A program made the position numbers and the translations under genes. 64,000 nucleotides of DNA from an uncultured Bacilli bacterium (lineage in GTDB: Bacteria; Bacillota_I; Bacilli_A; RF39; UBA660). The notes under the pieces are model-generated. The model ran no database searches, was not told the origin of the DNA, and was given only the letters and a program-made list of their open reading frames with translations. This document shows, in pieces, positions 53,344-62,149 of this stretch (position 1 is the first letter of the stretch; each line of letters opens with the position of its first letter). The stretch is taken from assembly GCA_947632355.1 (NCBI GenBank), contig CANROY010000002.1, forward strand, positions 2,673 through 66,672, written 5' to 3'.

Positions 53344-54773
53344 TGGGAAAATATAAAGCTGTTATCGGTCTTGAAATGCACTGTGAGTTAAAAAGTAACT
53401 CGAAAGTATTTTCAAGTGCTAGAAATTCTTATAACGAAATACCAAATGACAATATTGCTCCCGTTGATATGGCCTTCCCAGGTACACTTCCTGTTGTCAA
53501 TAAAAAATGTGTTCACGATGCTTTAATGATGAGTATGGTTTTAAATTGTAAACAACCCGAATATATGTATTTTGACCGTAAAAACTATTACTATCCGGAT
53601 TTACCAAAAGGATACCAAATTACGCAAATGGAATCTCCTGTTGGAGTGGATGGTTCTATTGAAATTGAAGTAAATGGTACTAAAAAAACTGTAAAAATTC
53701 ACGATATCCATCTAGAAGAAGATGCAGCAAGTCTAGACCATTACTACGATACTTCTTGTATTGATTACAATCGTGCTGGAGTACCACTTCTAGAACTTGT
53801 TACAGAGCCATGTTTATCAAGTGCCGAAGAAGCAGTTGCTTTCCTAGAACATATGCGTAGTGCTTATAAATACTGTGGTGTTTCTGAAGCTGATACCAAA
53901 AAAGGACAAATCAGATGTGATGTCAATGTTTCTATTATGGATGAAGATGCAACAGAGTTTGGAACAAGAGTAGAGGTAAAAAACATTAATTCCTTTGGAA
54001 ATGTATTTGATGCCATCAATTACGAAATTAAACGTCAAAGCGAATTAAAGGATGCTGGAAGATACGAAGAAGTAGAACAAGAAACAAGACGTTTTGATGA
54101 AGAATCTGGTACCACTATTCGTATGCGTTCTAAGGTCGATGCCATTGACTACAAATATTTTGTTGATCCTAACTTACCAAAATTTAAAATTGATGAAGCT
54201 TGGTTAGAAGAAATACGAAAAGAAATTCCACTACTAGCTTTAGAAAGAAAAGAAAAGTATATTACGGAACTTGGTTTAAGTGATTATGATGCTTCTGTTA
54301 TCGTAAAAGAAAAAGAATACGCTGATTACTTTGAAGAATGTTTATCTTTAGGAATTGATGCCAAAACCTCTAGTAACTGGCTTACAACTCAAATTCTAGG
54401 GGAAATCAATCGTACCGAAGAAAATTTAAATAATTTTTATTTAACACCAACTTTATTAAAACAAATTACGGATGAAATCGAAAAAGGTACAATTTCTTCT
54501 AAACAAGCGAAAGAAATCTTCTATAAAGCCGTAGAAGAAAAGAAAGAACCAAAATCATATATTAGCAGTGATATGGCCCAAATTTCCGATAGAGGAGCAT
54601 TAGAAGAAATTATTACAAAAATTTTAGAAGAAAATCCTTCTCAAGTAGAAGCCTATAAAAATGGTAAAGATAATTTATTTGATTACTTTGTTGGTCAAGT
54701 GATGAAAAATACAAGAGGAAAAGCAAATCCAGTCATAACCAAAGAAATTTTAAAAGACAAGTTAGAACAATAA
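53343..54773 (+). CDS. gatB: Asp/Glu-tRNA amidotransferase subunit B
   Basis: GatB N-terminus GLEMHCEL...PGTLPVVN; 476 aa. Confidence 0.93.
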   Translation: MGKYKAVIGLEMHCELKSNSKVFSSARNSYNEIPNDNIAPVDMAFPGTLPVVNKKCVHDALMMSMVLNCKQPEYMYFDRKNYYYPDLPKGYQITQMESPVGVDGSIEIEVNGTKKTVKIHDIHLEEDAASLDHYYDTSCIDYNRAGVPLLELVTEPCLSSAEEAVAFLEHMRSAYKYCGVSEADTKKGQIRCDVNVSIMDEDATEFGTRVEVKNINSFGNVFDAINYEIKRQSELKDAGRYEEVEQETRRFDEESGTTIRMRSKVDAIDYKYFVDPNLPKFKIDEAWLEEIRKEIPLLALERKEKYITELGLSDYDASVIVKEKEYADYFEECLSLGIDAKTSSNWLTTQILGEINRTEENLNNFYLTPTLLKQITDEIEKGTISSKQAKEIFYKAVEEKKEPKSYISSDMAQISDRGALEEIITKILEENPSQVEAYKNGKDNLFDYFVGQVMKNTRGKANPVITKEILKDKLEQ

Positions 54774-54843
54774 AACTTGTTTTTTAAATGAAACCCGTAT
54801 ATAATAATTTTCAATAGAAAAGGAGAATTTGTATGAATACATT
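54743..54843 (+). repeat. direct repeat copy A (gatB 3' end, terminator, promoter, RBS and start of the lipoprotein gene)
   Basis: About 100 bp, roughly 90% identical to 55373-55472. Confidence 0.8.
54757..54786 (+). terminator. intrinsic terminator of the gatCAB operon (overlaps the gatB stop)
   Basis: ACAAGTT-(10-nt loop containing TAA)-AACTTGT followed by TTTTT. Confidence 0.6.
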
Positions 54844-55354
54844 TAAAAAGAGAGCCCTTTTACTTGGGATGCTAGCCAATTTAACAACAGTATCCCTAAC
54901 TGGATGTGCAGAAAAATTATATTGTTCTAATATGACAATTAAATATGAAGATGGAAAAGCAAATGAGGGAAATATTCTTTATAATAGTATTTATGGTAAT
55001 ATAAAAGTTCTTTTATTAGAATATAACGGAGTTATTAAACCTTACTTAATTGTTATAAAAAATTGTTATAATATTAATTATGATTTAGTATGTATAGAAT
55101 ATTATGATTTAAAAAGTCGTACCCTATTAATAACAATGAAAGAGGATGGTACTGTTACAAATGGAGGTTACTTTACTATTTTAGAAGAACATGAATTTAT
55201 GGACTATTTTATTGAAGTAGAAGAATTAAAACCAAAATATGATGTAACAGAACTTATCGATTATTATGATACAAATATTGAGCCTAAATTAACAGAATAT
55301 ATTGCTACTGAATATAGTGATTATACGAAAACGCTAACAGATAAATCAAAATAA
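54833..55354 (+). CDS. lipoprotein of unknown function (paralog 1)
   Basis: Lipobox LTGCAE; 173 aa; C-terminal two-thirds paralogous to the next ORF. Confidence 0.6.
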   Translation: MNTFKKRALLLGMLANLTTVSLTGCAEKLYCSNMTIKYEDGKANEGNILYNSIYGNIKVLLLEYNGVIKPYLIVIKNCYNINYDLVCIEYYDLKSRTLLITMKEDGTVTNGGYFTILEEHEFMDYFIEVEELKPKYDVTELIDYYDTNIEPKLTEYIATEYSDYTKTLTDKSK

Positions 55355-55366
55355 TGGTTTATCTTT
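55338..55366 (+). repeat. 28-nt hairpin repeat, copy 1 (terminator-like, overlaps the stop of the lipoprotein gene)
   Basis: AGATAAATCAAAATAATGGTTTATCTTT; stem AGATAAA/TTTATCT; identical copy at 57525-57552. Confidence 0.7.
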
Positions 55367-55372
55367 GCAATA

Positions 55373-55472
55373 AAAAAATTTTAAAAGGCAAGTTAGAACA
55401 ATAAAACTTGTTTTTTAAATAAAACTCGTATATAATAAATTTCAACCAAAAAAGGAGAGATTGTATGAATAC
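55373..55472 (+). repeat. direct repeat copy B (includes a pseudo-copy of the last codons of gatB plus the terminator, a -10 TATAAT, an RBS and ATGAATAC)
   Basis: AAAATTTTAAAAGGCAAGTTAGAACAATAAAACTTGTTTTTTAAAT... matches the end of gatB and its terminator. Confidence 0.8.
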
Positions 55473-55872
55473 ATGTAAAAACAATTTTAAAGATTTGAAT
55501 ATTGATTTTGAAAAAATTTATGAGAATATAAGAGTTATACTACTAGAAAATAACGGAGTTATTAAACCTTATTTAACTCTTGTACATGGATATTTTGATA
55601 AAAATCATCAAACAATCGTAGAATATTATGACTTAAAAAGTGGTACTCTATTACTAAAAAGAAATTTGTATAGTCCTGATTTAACAAAAGAACATTCTAC
55701 TATTTTAGAACAACATGAATTTATAGACTATCTTTTTGAAGTAAAAGAAGAAAAACTAGAGTATCGTGTATCAGAACTTATTGATTTTTATGATACGAAT
55801 GTAGAACCTAAATTAACAGAATACATTGCTTCTAAATACAGTGACTATAAAAAAGAATTAACAAATAAATAA
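55465..55872 (+). CDS. paralog 2 of the lipoprotein (no signal peptide)
   Basis: 135 aa; VIKPYL...EYYDLKS...ILEQHEFIDY...YDTNVEPKLTEYIA shared with the 54833 ORF. Confidence 0.55.
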   Translation: MNTCKNNFKDLNIDFEKIYENIRVILLENNGVIKPYLTLVHGYFDKNHQTIVEYYDLKSGTLLLKRNLYSPDLTKEHSTILEQHEFIDYLFEVKEEKLEYRVSELIDFYDTNVEPKLTEYIASKYSDYKKELTNK

Positions 55873-55895
55873 ATATAGAGAACAATTTTAACTTA

Positions 55896-55940
55896 AAAAC
55901 CTTGATTCTATAAAGTACAATAAAACTCAAGGTTTTTTAT
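55896..55940 (+). terminator. intrinsic terminator
   Basis: AAAACCTTGA...TCAAGGTTTT 10-bp stem followed by a T-run. Confidence 0.55.
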
Positions 55941-56005
55941 TTTGGATTTTGTTTACATATCAATAATTCTTATGATAAAATAATTTTAGAATAGGAAGTA
56001 ATAAT

Positions 56006-57313
56006 ATGAAAAAAAATATTTTAATTGGTTGTTTGGTTATCCTATGTTTTACTATTGGTATAATTAGTGGCTACTTTTTCTTAAAAAAAGAAGAAAATAC
56101 GAGTATTAAAAATACAGTAGAAAATAATAATCCTTCAATGAAAAGTGAATTCAATACATCTGTTGAAGAACAATATGCTGATATTTTAGATCAATATTTT
56201 AACTTTGATTATTTATATTTATACAATTATGAAAATATTGCACGATATCCAACTGCATATAAAGATGTTGTTTTATCACTTGATGTTGATGTTGTAAAAG
56301 TTATTGAAGAAGAAAATAATCATTATAAAATGCTTGTAAATATGGCTGATCATGACTATGAAGAACAAGAATTTGTTATTGAAGGTGACTATAAAAAAGC
56401 TCGTTATTTAGAAAATGATTTTATAAAAGTATATGGTGTATATAAAGGAAACGAAAAATATGTTATAGATGGCAAAGATAAAGTTTTGCCTAAAATTAAT
56501 GCTATAAAAGTAATTGTTAGTGATGCAACAGGAGAATTTAATGAATATGATGAGGAAGATATTAGAGAAATTGCTACTCATTTCTTTAATAGTTCTTATA
56601 CTTTAACAAAACCAAATTATGATTTTACTGGAACTTTGGGAATGTATTATGCTTCATTACCATTTCACTATTTAATTACACTTGATAATAATTCTAATGC
56701 TCGATTTAATAAATATCGTATTTATACAGGCTATGGAAGAATTGATGTTGCTACGGAAGAGGATAGTCCTTATTTACAAAGATATATTTCAAAAACAAGT
56801 GATGGTAACCATTTTATATTATCTACTTATACTACAAATAATGACTATTTGGAATTACAAGCCTATGATAAAGATTTTAAACAAATTTGGACCCGTACAT
56901 TTGAACAAGCAGGTAAATATATTTATGATAATAATGGTGGAAGAATCGTAATTGTTATAGATAATGATTTATATATCATTGATGAAAATACTGGGGAAAA
57001 TATTATAGATCCAATTATAGTGTCAAAATATAATACTATTAAATTATTAGCGAATGGGGATATTATTTTAGTTACACAATCTGCAAAAGACTTTATATTC
57101 TATATTACAAAAGATGGAAATATTAAATGGAAAAGTTCTTTATCAACCTATAATGGAGAAGCATCAAATACTGTGGATTCTATATATGCATTATTAGTTG
57201 CTAATGATACCATTTATGTTGGTTTTAAAACGAGCAAATATAATGCTAATGTTGTATTGTTTAATCAAAATGGTGAAGAAATAGTAAACACATTTGCTAA
57301 TCCAAATAATTGA
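56006..57313 (+). CDS. N-terminally membrane-anchored extracytoplasmic protein (beta-rich, possible propeller-like C-terminus)
   Basis: TM LIGCLVILCFTIGIISGYFF; 435 aa; RBS AGGAAG. Confidence 0.55.
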   Translation: MKKNILIGCLVILCFTIGIISGYFFLKKEENTSIKNTVENNNPSMKSEFNTSVEEQYADILDQYFNFDYLYLYNYENIARYPTAYKDVVLSLDVDVVKVIEEENNHYKMLVNMADHDYEEQEFVIEGDYKKARYLENDFIKVYGVYKGNEKYVIDGKDKVLPKINAIKVIVSDATGEFNEYDEEDIREIATHFFNSSYTLTKPNYDFTGTLGMYYASLPFHYLITLDNNSNARFNKYRIYTGYGRIDVATEEDSPYLQRYISKTSDGNHFILSTYTTNNDYLELQAYDKDFKQIWTRTFEQAGKYIYDNNGGRIVIVIDNDLYIIDENTGENIIDPIIVSKYNTIKLLANGDIILVTQSAKDFIFYITKDGNIKWKSSLSTYNGEASNTVDSIYALLVANDTIYVGFKTSKYNANVVLFNQNGEEIVNTFANPNN

Positions 57314-57524
57314 AATAAAGTTTAGAAGTAATCTTGTAATTTAGTAAGGAATATATTATAATAATAGTAATAAAAAAGGAGGATTTTATTATGAAAATAC
57401 TTGATTCTCAAAAATATTTTGAAATTGATAAAGGCTAAAATATACTTAAAGAGTTATTCTATTAGAAAGTTCAAGTTAGTCAATGCTGTTTAATATACTA
57501 TAGATAAACTTATAATTAGAAAAA

Positions 57525-57552
57525 AGATAAATCAAAATAATGGTTTATCTTT
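57525..57552 (+). repeat. 28-nt hairpin repeat, copy 2
   Basis: Exact copy of 55339-55366, directly upstream of the next CDS. Confidence 0.7.
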
Positions 57553-57578
57553 TTCTTTTATGGTATACTAGAGTAGTG

Positions 57579-58457
57579 ATGAATATGAATAAGATAAAAA
57601 GAATGTTTAAACAAATGATTGATTTTTTTAAAGGAATACGTATAAGTACTATTTATAAATTAGTTGGACTTGCTCTTTTATTTGCCATTCTATTTTGGGT
57701 TTATACGACTTGGAAAAGTAATCAAGCCCTTACCAAAAAAATGGAATCTGATACCTATATAAATGGTAAAGTAACCAATAAGGGAGAAGATTATATCATT
57801 GTGGAAGATGAAAATCAAAATGAATATAAAATACCAAGTACGGAAGATGTTCCTATTGGTAGTGATGTGAATGCTAAAGTAGAAGAAGTTATAGAACCTA
57901 CTGAAGAAGAAAAGAAGGAAGAAACTCCGAAAACCGTTACCAGTAGTGGTGTTACCGTTACAAACGAGAAAAAGGAAAATAAGAATGCCGATGCCGAAGT
58001 GATTGCTTATTTTAATGAAACAGAAAGTGATATGGAGAATCCTAGTTTAAAAGAAGAAGTAAAGGCTCGTTTTATTACGGTAGTTGATTTTCTATTCTAT
58101 GATGGAACCATAAAAGGGTATACCTTAAATGATTTATCTTCGAAAGCTAAATTACAAATTTTAAAAATAGCTTTAGCAATCGATTCCAAAATAGAAAATT
58201 ATATTCCGGGTTATAAAGAAACAATTACTTCAACAACGGGAAAGATTTATACCGGTTTAAAATCAAAAATTATTGAAAGTTATTTAAAGATTACGACGAA
58301 AATTTGTAATTATGATGCAGACACTTGCGACCAAGCCAAAAAAGATTTTCAAGATATGAAAAAATCATTTTCGATTACTTGGAATTTAATCAAAGACTTA
58401 GTTTCCAGTGGAGCAGAAAATTTAAAAGAATGGTATGAGATTTTTAGTGGAAAATAA
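57579..58457 (+). CDS. single-pass membrane protein with an acidic/K-rich linker and a C-terminal domain with a conserved Cys pair
   Basis: TM LVGLALLFAILFWVYTTW; start uncertain (in-frame ATGs at 57540, 57579, 57585). Confidence 0.5.
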   Translation: MNMNKIKRMFKQMIDFFKGIRISTIYKLVGLALLFAILFWVYTTWKSNQALTKKMESDTYINGKVTNKGEDYIIVEDENQNEYKIPSTEDVPIGSDVNAKVEEVIEPTEEEKKEETPKTVTSSGVTVTNEKKENKNADAEVIAYFNETESDMENPSLKEEVKARFITVVDFLFYDGTIKGYTLNDLSSKAKLQILKIALAIDSKIENYIPGYKETITSTTGKIYTGLKSKIIESYLKITTKICNYDADTCDQAKKDFQDMKKSFSITWNLIKDLVSSGAENLKEWYEIFSGK

Positions 58458-58504
58458 AATAAATTTATGGTATAGTTAAAGAGAATAATAAAGAGGTGCT
58501 AAAT

Positions 58505-60325
58505 ATGTTTGGAAAAATAAAATACATTGGTGAAAGTATTGCTACAGTAGAAAACGAGGGTGGAGATGCTGGAACAACCGATTTAATGAATATAAATGTT
58601 ATTTTTGAAGCTCCTGATCAAAGAATTTTAGGAGAAGTAACAGAATTTAATAAAGACGAAATAAAAATACGTTTTCTAGGGGAATATTTAAATGGTCATT
58701 ATGTCAATGGTGTTATTAGAAAACCTCTTTTATCAAGTAAAATTCGTATTATCAATAACGAAGAATTAATGGAACTTGTTGGTCGTGAAAGCGACAAATC
58801 TTTTGTTTTAGGAAATAGTGCTATTTATAAAAACTATAAGGTTTGTCCGAATATCAATGATTTATTATCCAATCATTTAGGAATATTTGGAAATACCGGT
58901 AGTGGTAAATCTTGTGGTGTTGCTAGAATCGTTCAAAATTTATTTTCCAATCCAAATATGCTTTCTTATAATGCCAATATCTTTGTATTTGATGCTTATG
59001 GTGAATATAAAAATGCGTTTGGAAGTATCAATAAAATTAATCCAAATTATAGTTATAAGTTTATTACCACAAATCCAATCGATAGTGATGACTTTTTATT
59101 ACAAATACCGGTTAATTTACTAAATTTAGATGATTTTGCACTACTTTTACAAGCCACCAATCATAGTCAATTACCAATTATTGAAAGAACCATAAGACTT
59201 GCAAAAATCTTTAGTCAAGATAGTGAAGAATCAAATAAATATAAGAATCATTTAATTGCCAAAGCCTTACTTGCCATTCTATTTAGTAACCAAACAACAG
59301 CTAGAAAGAAAAATGAAGTCTTCCAAATTATTGAAGTTTGTCATACTAATGAATTTAATTTTGATAGTACCATTAATGGTTTAGGGTATACAAGAACTTT
59401 CAGTGAATGCTTTGAAATCGATTCAAATGGTTATTTTGGTGAAAGTGTTTTAATTACCGAATATATTTTAAAACATATCGAAGATTCTTATGAAGAAATG
59501 GAAGAACCAAAGGAATACAACTATTCTCTTGCAGATTTTGCCAAGGCTCTAGAATTTACAATGATTAGTGAAGGTTTCCAAAACAATGCTAATTTATATG
59601 ATGATGCCGTTATCTTAAAAGTAAGATTAAATACAATCTTAAATACAAAAGTAGGAAAATATTTTTCCAACAATGGGTATATCTCTATTGATAAGTTTGT
59701 TAGTAGTTTGGTGGTTAAAAATAATCGTAAAGCCCAAATCATTAATATTAATCTAGAAGATGTCGATGATACGTATGCAAAAGTAATTGTTAAAATTATG
59801 GCTCGTTTATTCTTTGAATTTTCTAAAAACTTAAAACAAAGAGCAAGTATTCCTTTCCATATCTTCTTAGAAGAAGCACATCGTTATATTCAAAGGGATA
59901 ATGATAATTACTTACTTGGTTATAATATCTTTGAACGTATTGCTAAAGAAGGAAGAAAATATGGTGTTTTACTAGGGATTATTAGTCAAAGACCAGTTGA
60001 AATCTCTGATACGGTTATTTCTCAAGTTTCTAACTTCTTAATCTTCAAAATGACACACCCTAAAGATATTAAATACATTGAAGAAATGCTACCAAATATC
60101 TCTGCAGATGTTATTGAAAAGCAAAAAACATTACAACCAGGTAGTTGTGTTGGATTTGGTTCTGCCTTTAAAATACCAATGATTATGCGTCTTGAACTAC
60201 CGAATCCACTTCCATATAGTTCCAACTGTGATGTATCAAGTAGATGGAATGTAAAAGCCCAAGCAACAAGTCCAAGTACCCAAAGTACATCAAGTACTAT
60301 AAATGGAGAAGTAAGCAACGGATAA
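58505..60325 (+). CDS. HerA/FtsK-superfamily ATPase (DUF87-like) with an N-terminal HAS-barrel
   Basis: Walker A GIFGNTGSGKSCGV, Walker B HIFLEEAHRYI, C-terminal LGIISQRPVEISDTVISQVSNFLIFKM (HerA-type sensor region); S/T-rich tail; ATG 58505 after GAGG (alternative GTG 58496). Confidence 0.75.
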   Translation: MFGKIKYIGESIATVENEGGDAGTTDLMNINVIFEAPDQRILGEVTEFNKDEIKIRFLGEYLNGHYVNGVIRKPLLSSKIRIINNEELMELVGRESDKSFVLGNSAIYKNYKVCPNINDLLSNHLGIFGNTGSGKSCGVARIVQNLFSNPNMLSYNANIFVFDAYGEYKNAFGSINKINPNYSYKFITTNPIDSDDFLLQIPVNLLNLDDFALLLQATNHSQLPIIERTIRLAKIFSQDSEESNKYKNHLIAKALLAILFSNQTTARKKNEVFQIIEVCHTNEFNFDSTINGLGYTRTFSECFEIDSNGYFGESVLITEYILKHIEDSYEEMEEPKEYNYSLADFAKALEFTMISEGFQNNANLYDDAVILKVRLNTILNTKVGKYFSNNGYISIDKFVSSLVVKNNRKAQIININLEDVDDTYAKVIVKIMARLFFEFSKNLKQRASIPFHIFLEEAHRYIQRDNDNYLLGYNIFERIAKEGRKYGVLLGIISQRPVEISDTVISQVSNFLIFKMTHPKDIKYIEEMLPNISADVIEKQKTLQPGSCVGFGSAFKIPMIMRLELPNPLPYSSNCDVSSRWNVKAQATSPSTQSTSSTINGEVSNG

Positions 60326-60392
60326 GTTGCTTTTTCATTGACTTAAAATAGGATTATTTATATAATAATATTACTTAGAAAGGAAAAAAATT
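60322..60392 (+). repeat. upstream region, copy A, of the duplicated membrane-protein genes (contains a promoter)
   Basis: ATAAGTTGCTTTTTCATTGACTT...; -35 TTGACT 60338-60343, 17-nt spacer, -10 TATAAT 60361-60366; copy B at 61266-61309 lacks the -10 segment. Confidence 0.6.
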
Positions 60393-61226
60393 ATGGATAC
60401 TTTAAGGGAAAAGAAAATACAAAAATTGCAAGAAAAGATAAATAAATATGATACTATTTTAGCAAATAGAGAGTTGTTAGAAAAAGAAACAAATAAGGAT
60501 TATAAAAAGAAAAAAAGAAAAATGGTGATGCTTTCCGTATTTTATGCTGGATTTATAATTGCCTTGGAAAAATTTTTTGGTTTTGGATTTCCATTTGTTC
60601 AAGAACAAATAAAAGCGTATAAAAGCATTCAAACTACAATAGATGAAAATGGAAATAAAGTTTGTGAAAACATTGAATATAATTGTTTAGATTATGGTGA
60701 ATTAAGTTCTGTTGTGACATCACTAGGAAGTTATTTATATTATTATTCCAATTGGAACTTAACATCATCAGGTGAATATATCCGTTATATCGAAAAATAC
60801 AATCTAAAGGATATGAGTCTAGAAGAAGTATCAAATTTATTGATACAGCCTGAAAAAGATTTAAGTTATATAAAAGATAGTTTAGAAATAATTAAACAAA
60901 CAGAAGATTCTAAACAAGATATAAATGAATTACCACATTATGAGGCCGTATATAATGAACTAGATAAACAAGACTATATATTTGTTCGCGAATCAGAAGT
61001 ATTAAATAAATGTTCAACAGCACTATTTGGATTATTCTTTGTTGTAAGCAATGTTCTTCTTTTAGCAGCAGACCCTTATGACTTAAAAGGATATAAGAAA
61101 AATTTCAATCAAAAAGTAGAGAAAAAAGAAGAGGAATATAGAAAAAAAGCACAATTAGAATTAAGAAGAATTTTAGTCAAAAAAAGAAAAATTGGTAATA
61201 ATATAGAGGATGATGAAAATAAATAG
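60393..61226 (+). CDS. coiled-coil membrane protein (paralog A; two predicted TM segments)
   Basis: N-terminus MDTLREKKIQKLQEKINKYDTILANRELLEKE; TM MVMLSVFYAGFIIAL and a C-terminal TM; 277 aa. Confidence 0.55.
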   Translation: MDTLREKKIQKLQEKINKYDTILANRELLEKETNKDYKKKKRKMVMLSVFYAGFIIALEKFFGFGFPFVQEQIKAYKSIQTTIDENGNKVCENIEYNCLDYGELSSVVTSLGSYLYYYSNWNLTSSGEYIRYIEKYNLKDMSLEEVSNLLIQPEKDLSYIKDSLEIIKQTEDSKQDINELPHYEAVYNELDKQDYIFVRESEVLNKCSTALFGLFFVVSNVLLLAADPYDLKGYKKNFNQKVEKKEEEYRKKAQLELRRILVKKRKIGNNIEDDENK

Positions 61227-61265
61227 TTTATGATACTTTAAAAGAAAAGAAATTAGAAAAATTAT

Positions 61266-61309
61266 ATAAGTTGCTTTTTCATTTGACTTAAATAGAAAGG
61301 AAAAAATTT
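61266..61309 (+). repeat. upstream region, copy B (ATAAGTTGCTTTTTCATTTGACTT...), with about 30 bp including the -10 element deleted relative to copy A
   Basis: Direct comparison with 60322-60392. Confidence 0.6.
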
Positions 61310-62101
61310 ATGAATACTTTATATGAAAAGAAAATACAAAAATTGCAAGAAAAGATAAATAAATATGATACTATTTTAGCAAATAGAGAGTTGTTAGAAA
61401 AAGAAGCGAATAAAGATTATAAAAAAATAAAAAGAAAAATGGTAATTGCTACTACAGCACTTGTGGGTGGTTTTACAGCAGGGCCAAAATTGTTAGGTTT
61501 TGGTTTTCCAATTGTAAAAGATCAAGTCAAAAAATATCAAGATATAAAAACAACGATAGATCAAGATGGAAACGTAACAGAAGAAAAAATAGGATATATT
61601 TATAAAGAGGATATGGAACCTAATACTTTATATAATTACTCTGATTGGACTTCAACACTATCTGAAGAATCTATTCGTTATGTAGAAAAATACGATTTAG
61701 AAGATATCAATATAGATGAAATGCTTACTATTTTAAAGCAAGGGAACTTTGATTTTAATTCTATAGGAACTGAACTAGAAATTAGTAAACAAACAGCATC
61801 TTCAGAAGAAGAATTAATGGAATTACCTAAATATGAAGCCGTATATAACGAATTAGATATGCAAGACTTTATCTATGAATACGAAACGAATGCTAACAAT
61901 ATTGTAACAACTATAACAAGTTTACTTGGTTTTACTTATTTTGATGTGACTATCATAGGAATATGTGCATTATCATTAAATAATCATAAAAAATATTTTG
62001 AATCAAAAATATGTGAAAAAAAAGAAAAATGTAAAGACAAAAAAGAACAATATGTAAGGAAGTTGCAAAAATTAAATCAAAATATAAAAAATGAAAAATA
62101 A
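61310..62101 (+). CDS. coiled-coil membrane protein (paralog B)
   Basis: First roughly 45 codons nearly identical in DNA to paralog A (MNTLYEKKIQKLQEKINKYDTILANRELLEKE), then divergent; 263 aa. Confidence 0.55.
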   Translation: MNTLYEKKIQKLQEKINKYDTILANRELLEKEANKDYKKIKRKMVIATTALVGGFTAGPKLLGFGFPIVKDQVKKYQDIKTTIDQDGNVTEEKIGYIYKEDMEPNTLYNYSDWTSTLSEESIRYVEKYDLEDINIDEMLTILKQGNFDFNSIGTELEISKQTASSEEELMELPKYEAVYNELDMQDFIYEYETNANNIVTTITSLLGFTYFDVTIIGICALSLNNHKKYFESKICEKKEKCKDKKEQYVRKLQKLNQNIKNEK

Positions 62102-62149
62102 AATATAATAATTGATGATTAGAATTAAATTGCGAAATAGATAATTCTA

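Noticed and set aside
57391-57438. Tiny 15-aa ORF (MKILDSQKYFEIDKG) after a strong RBS AAGGAGG
   Set aside because: Too short to call; it could be a leader peptide, but there is no supporting context. Flagged only here.
57540-57578. ORF-track start at 57540 for the membrane protein upstream of the HerA-like ATPase
   Set aside because: That ATG lies inside the duplicated 28-nt terminator-like hairpin, so a downstream in-frame ATG (57579 or 57585) is more plausible; the start remains uncertain.
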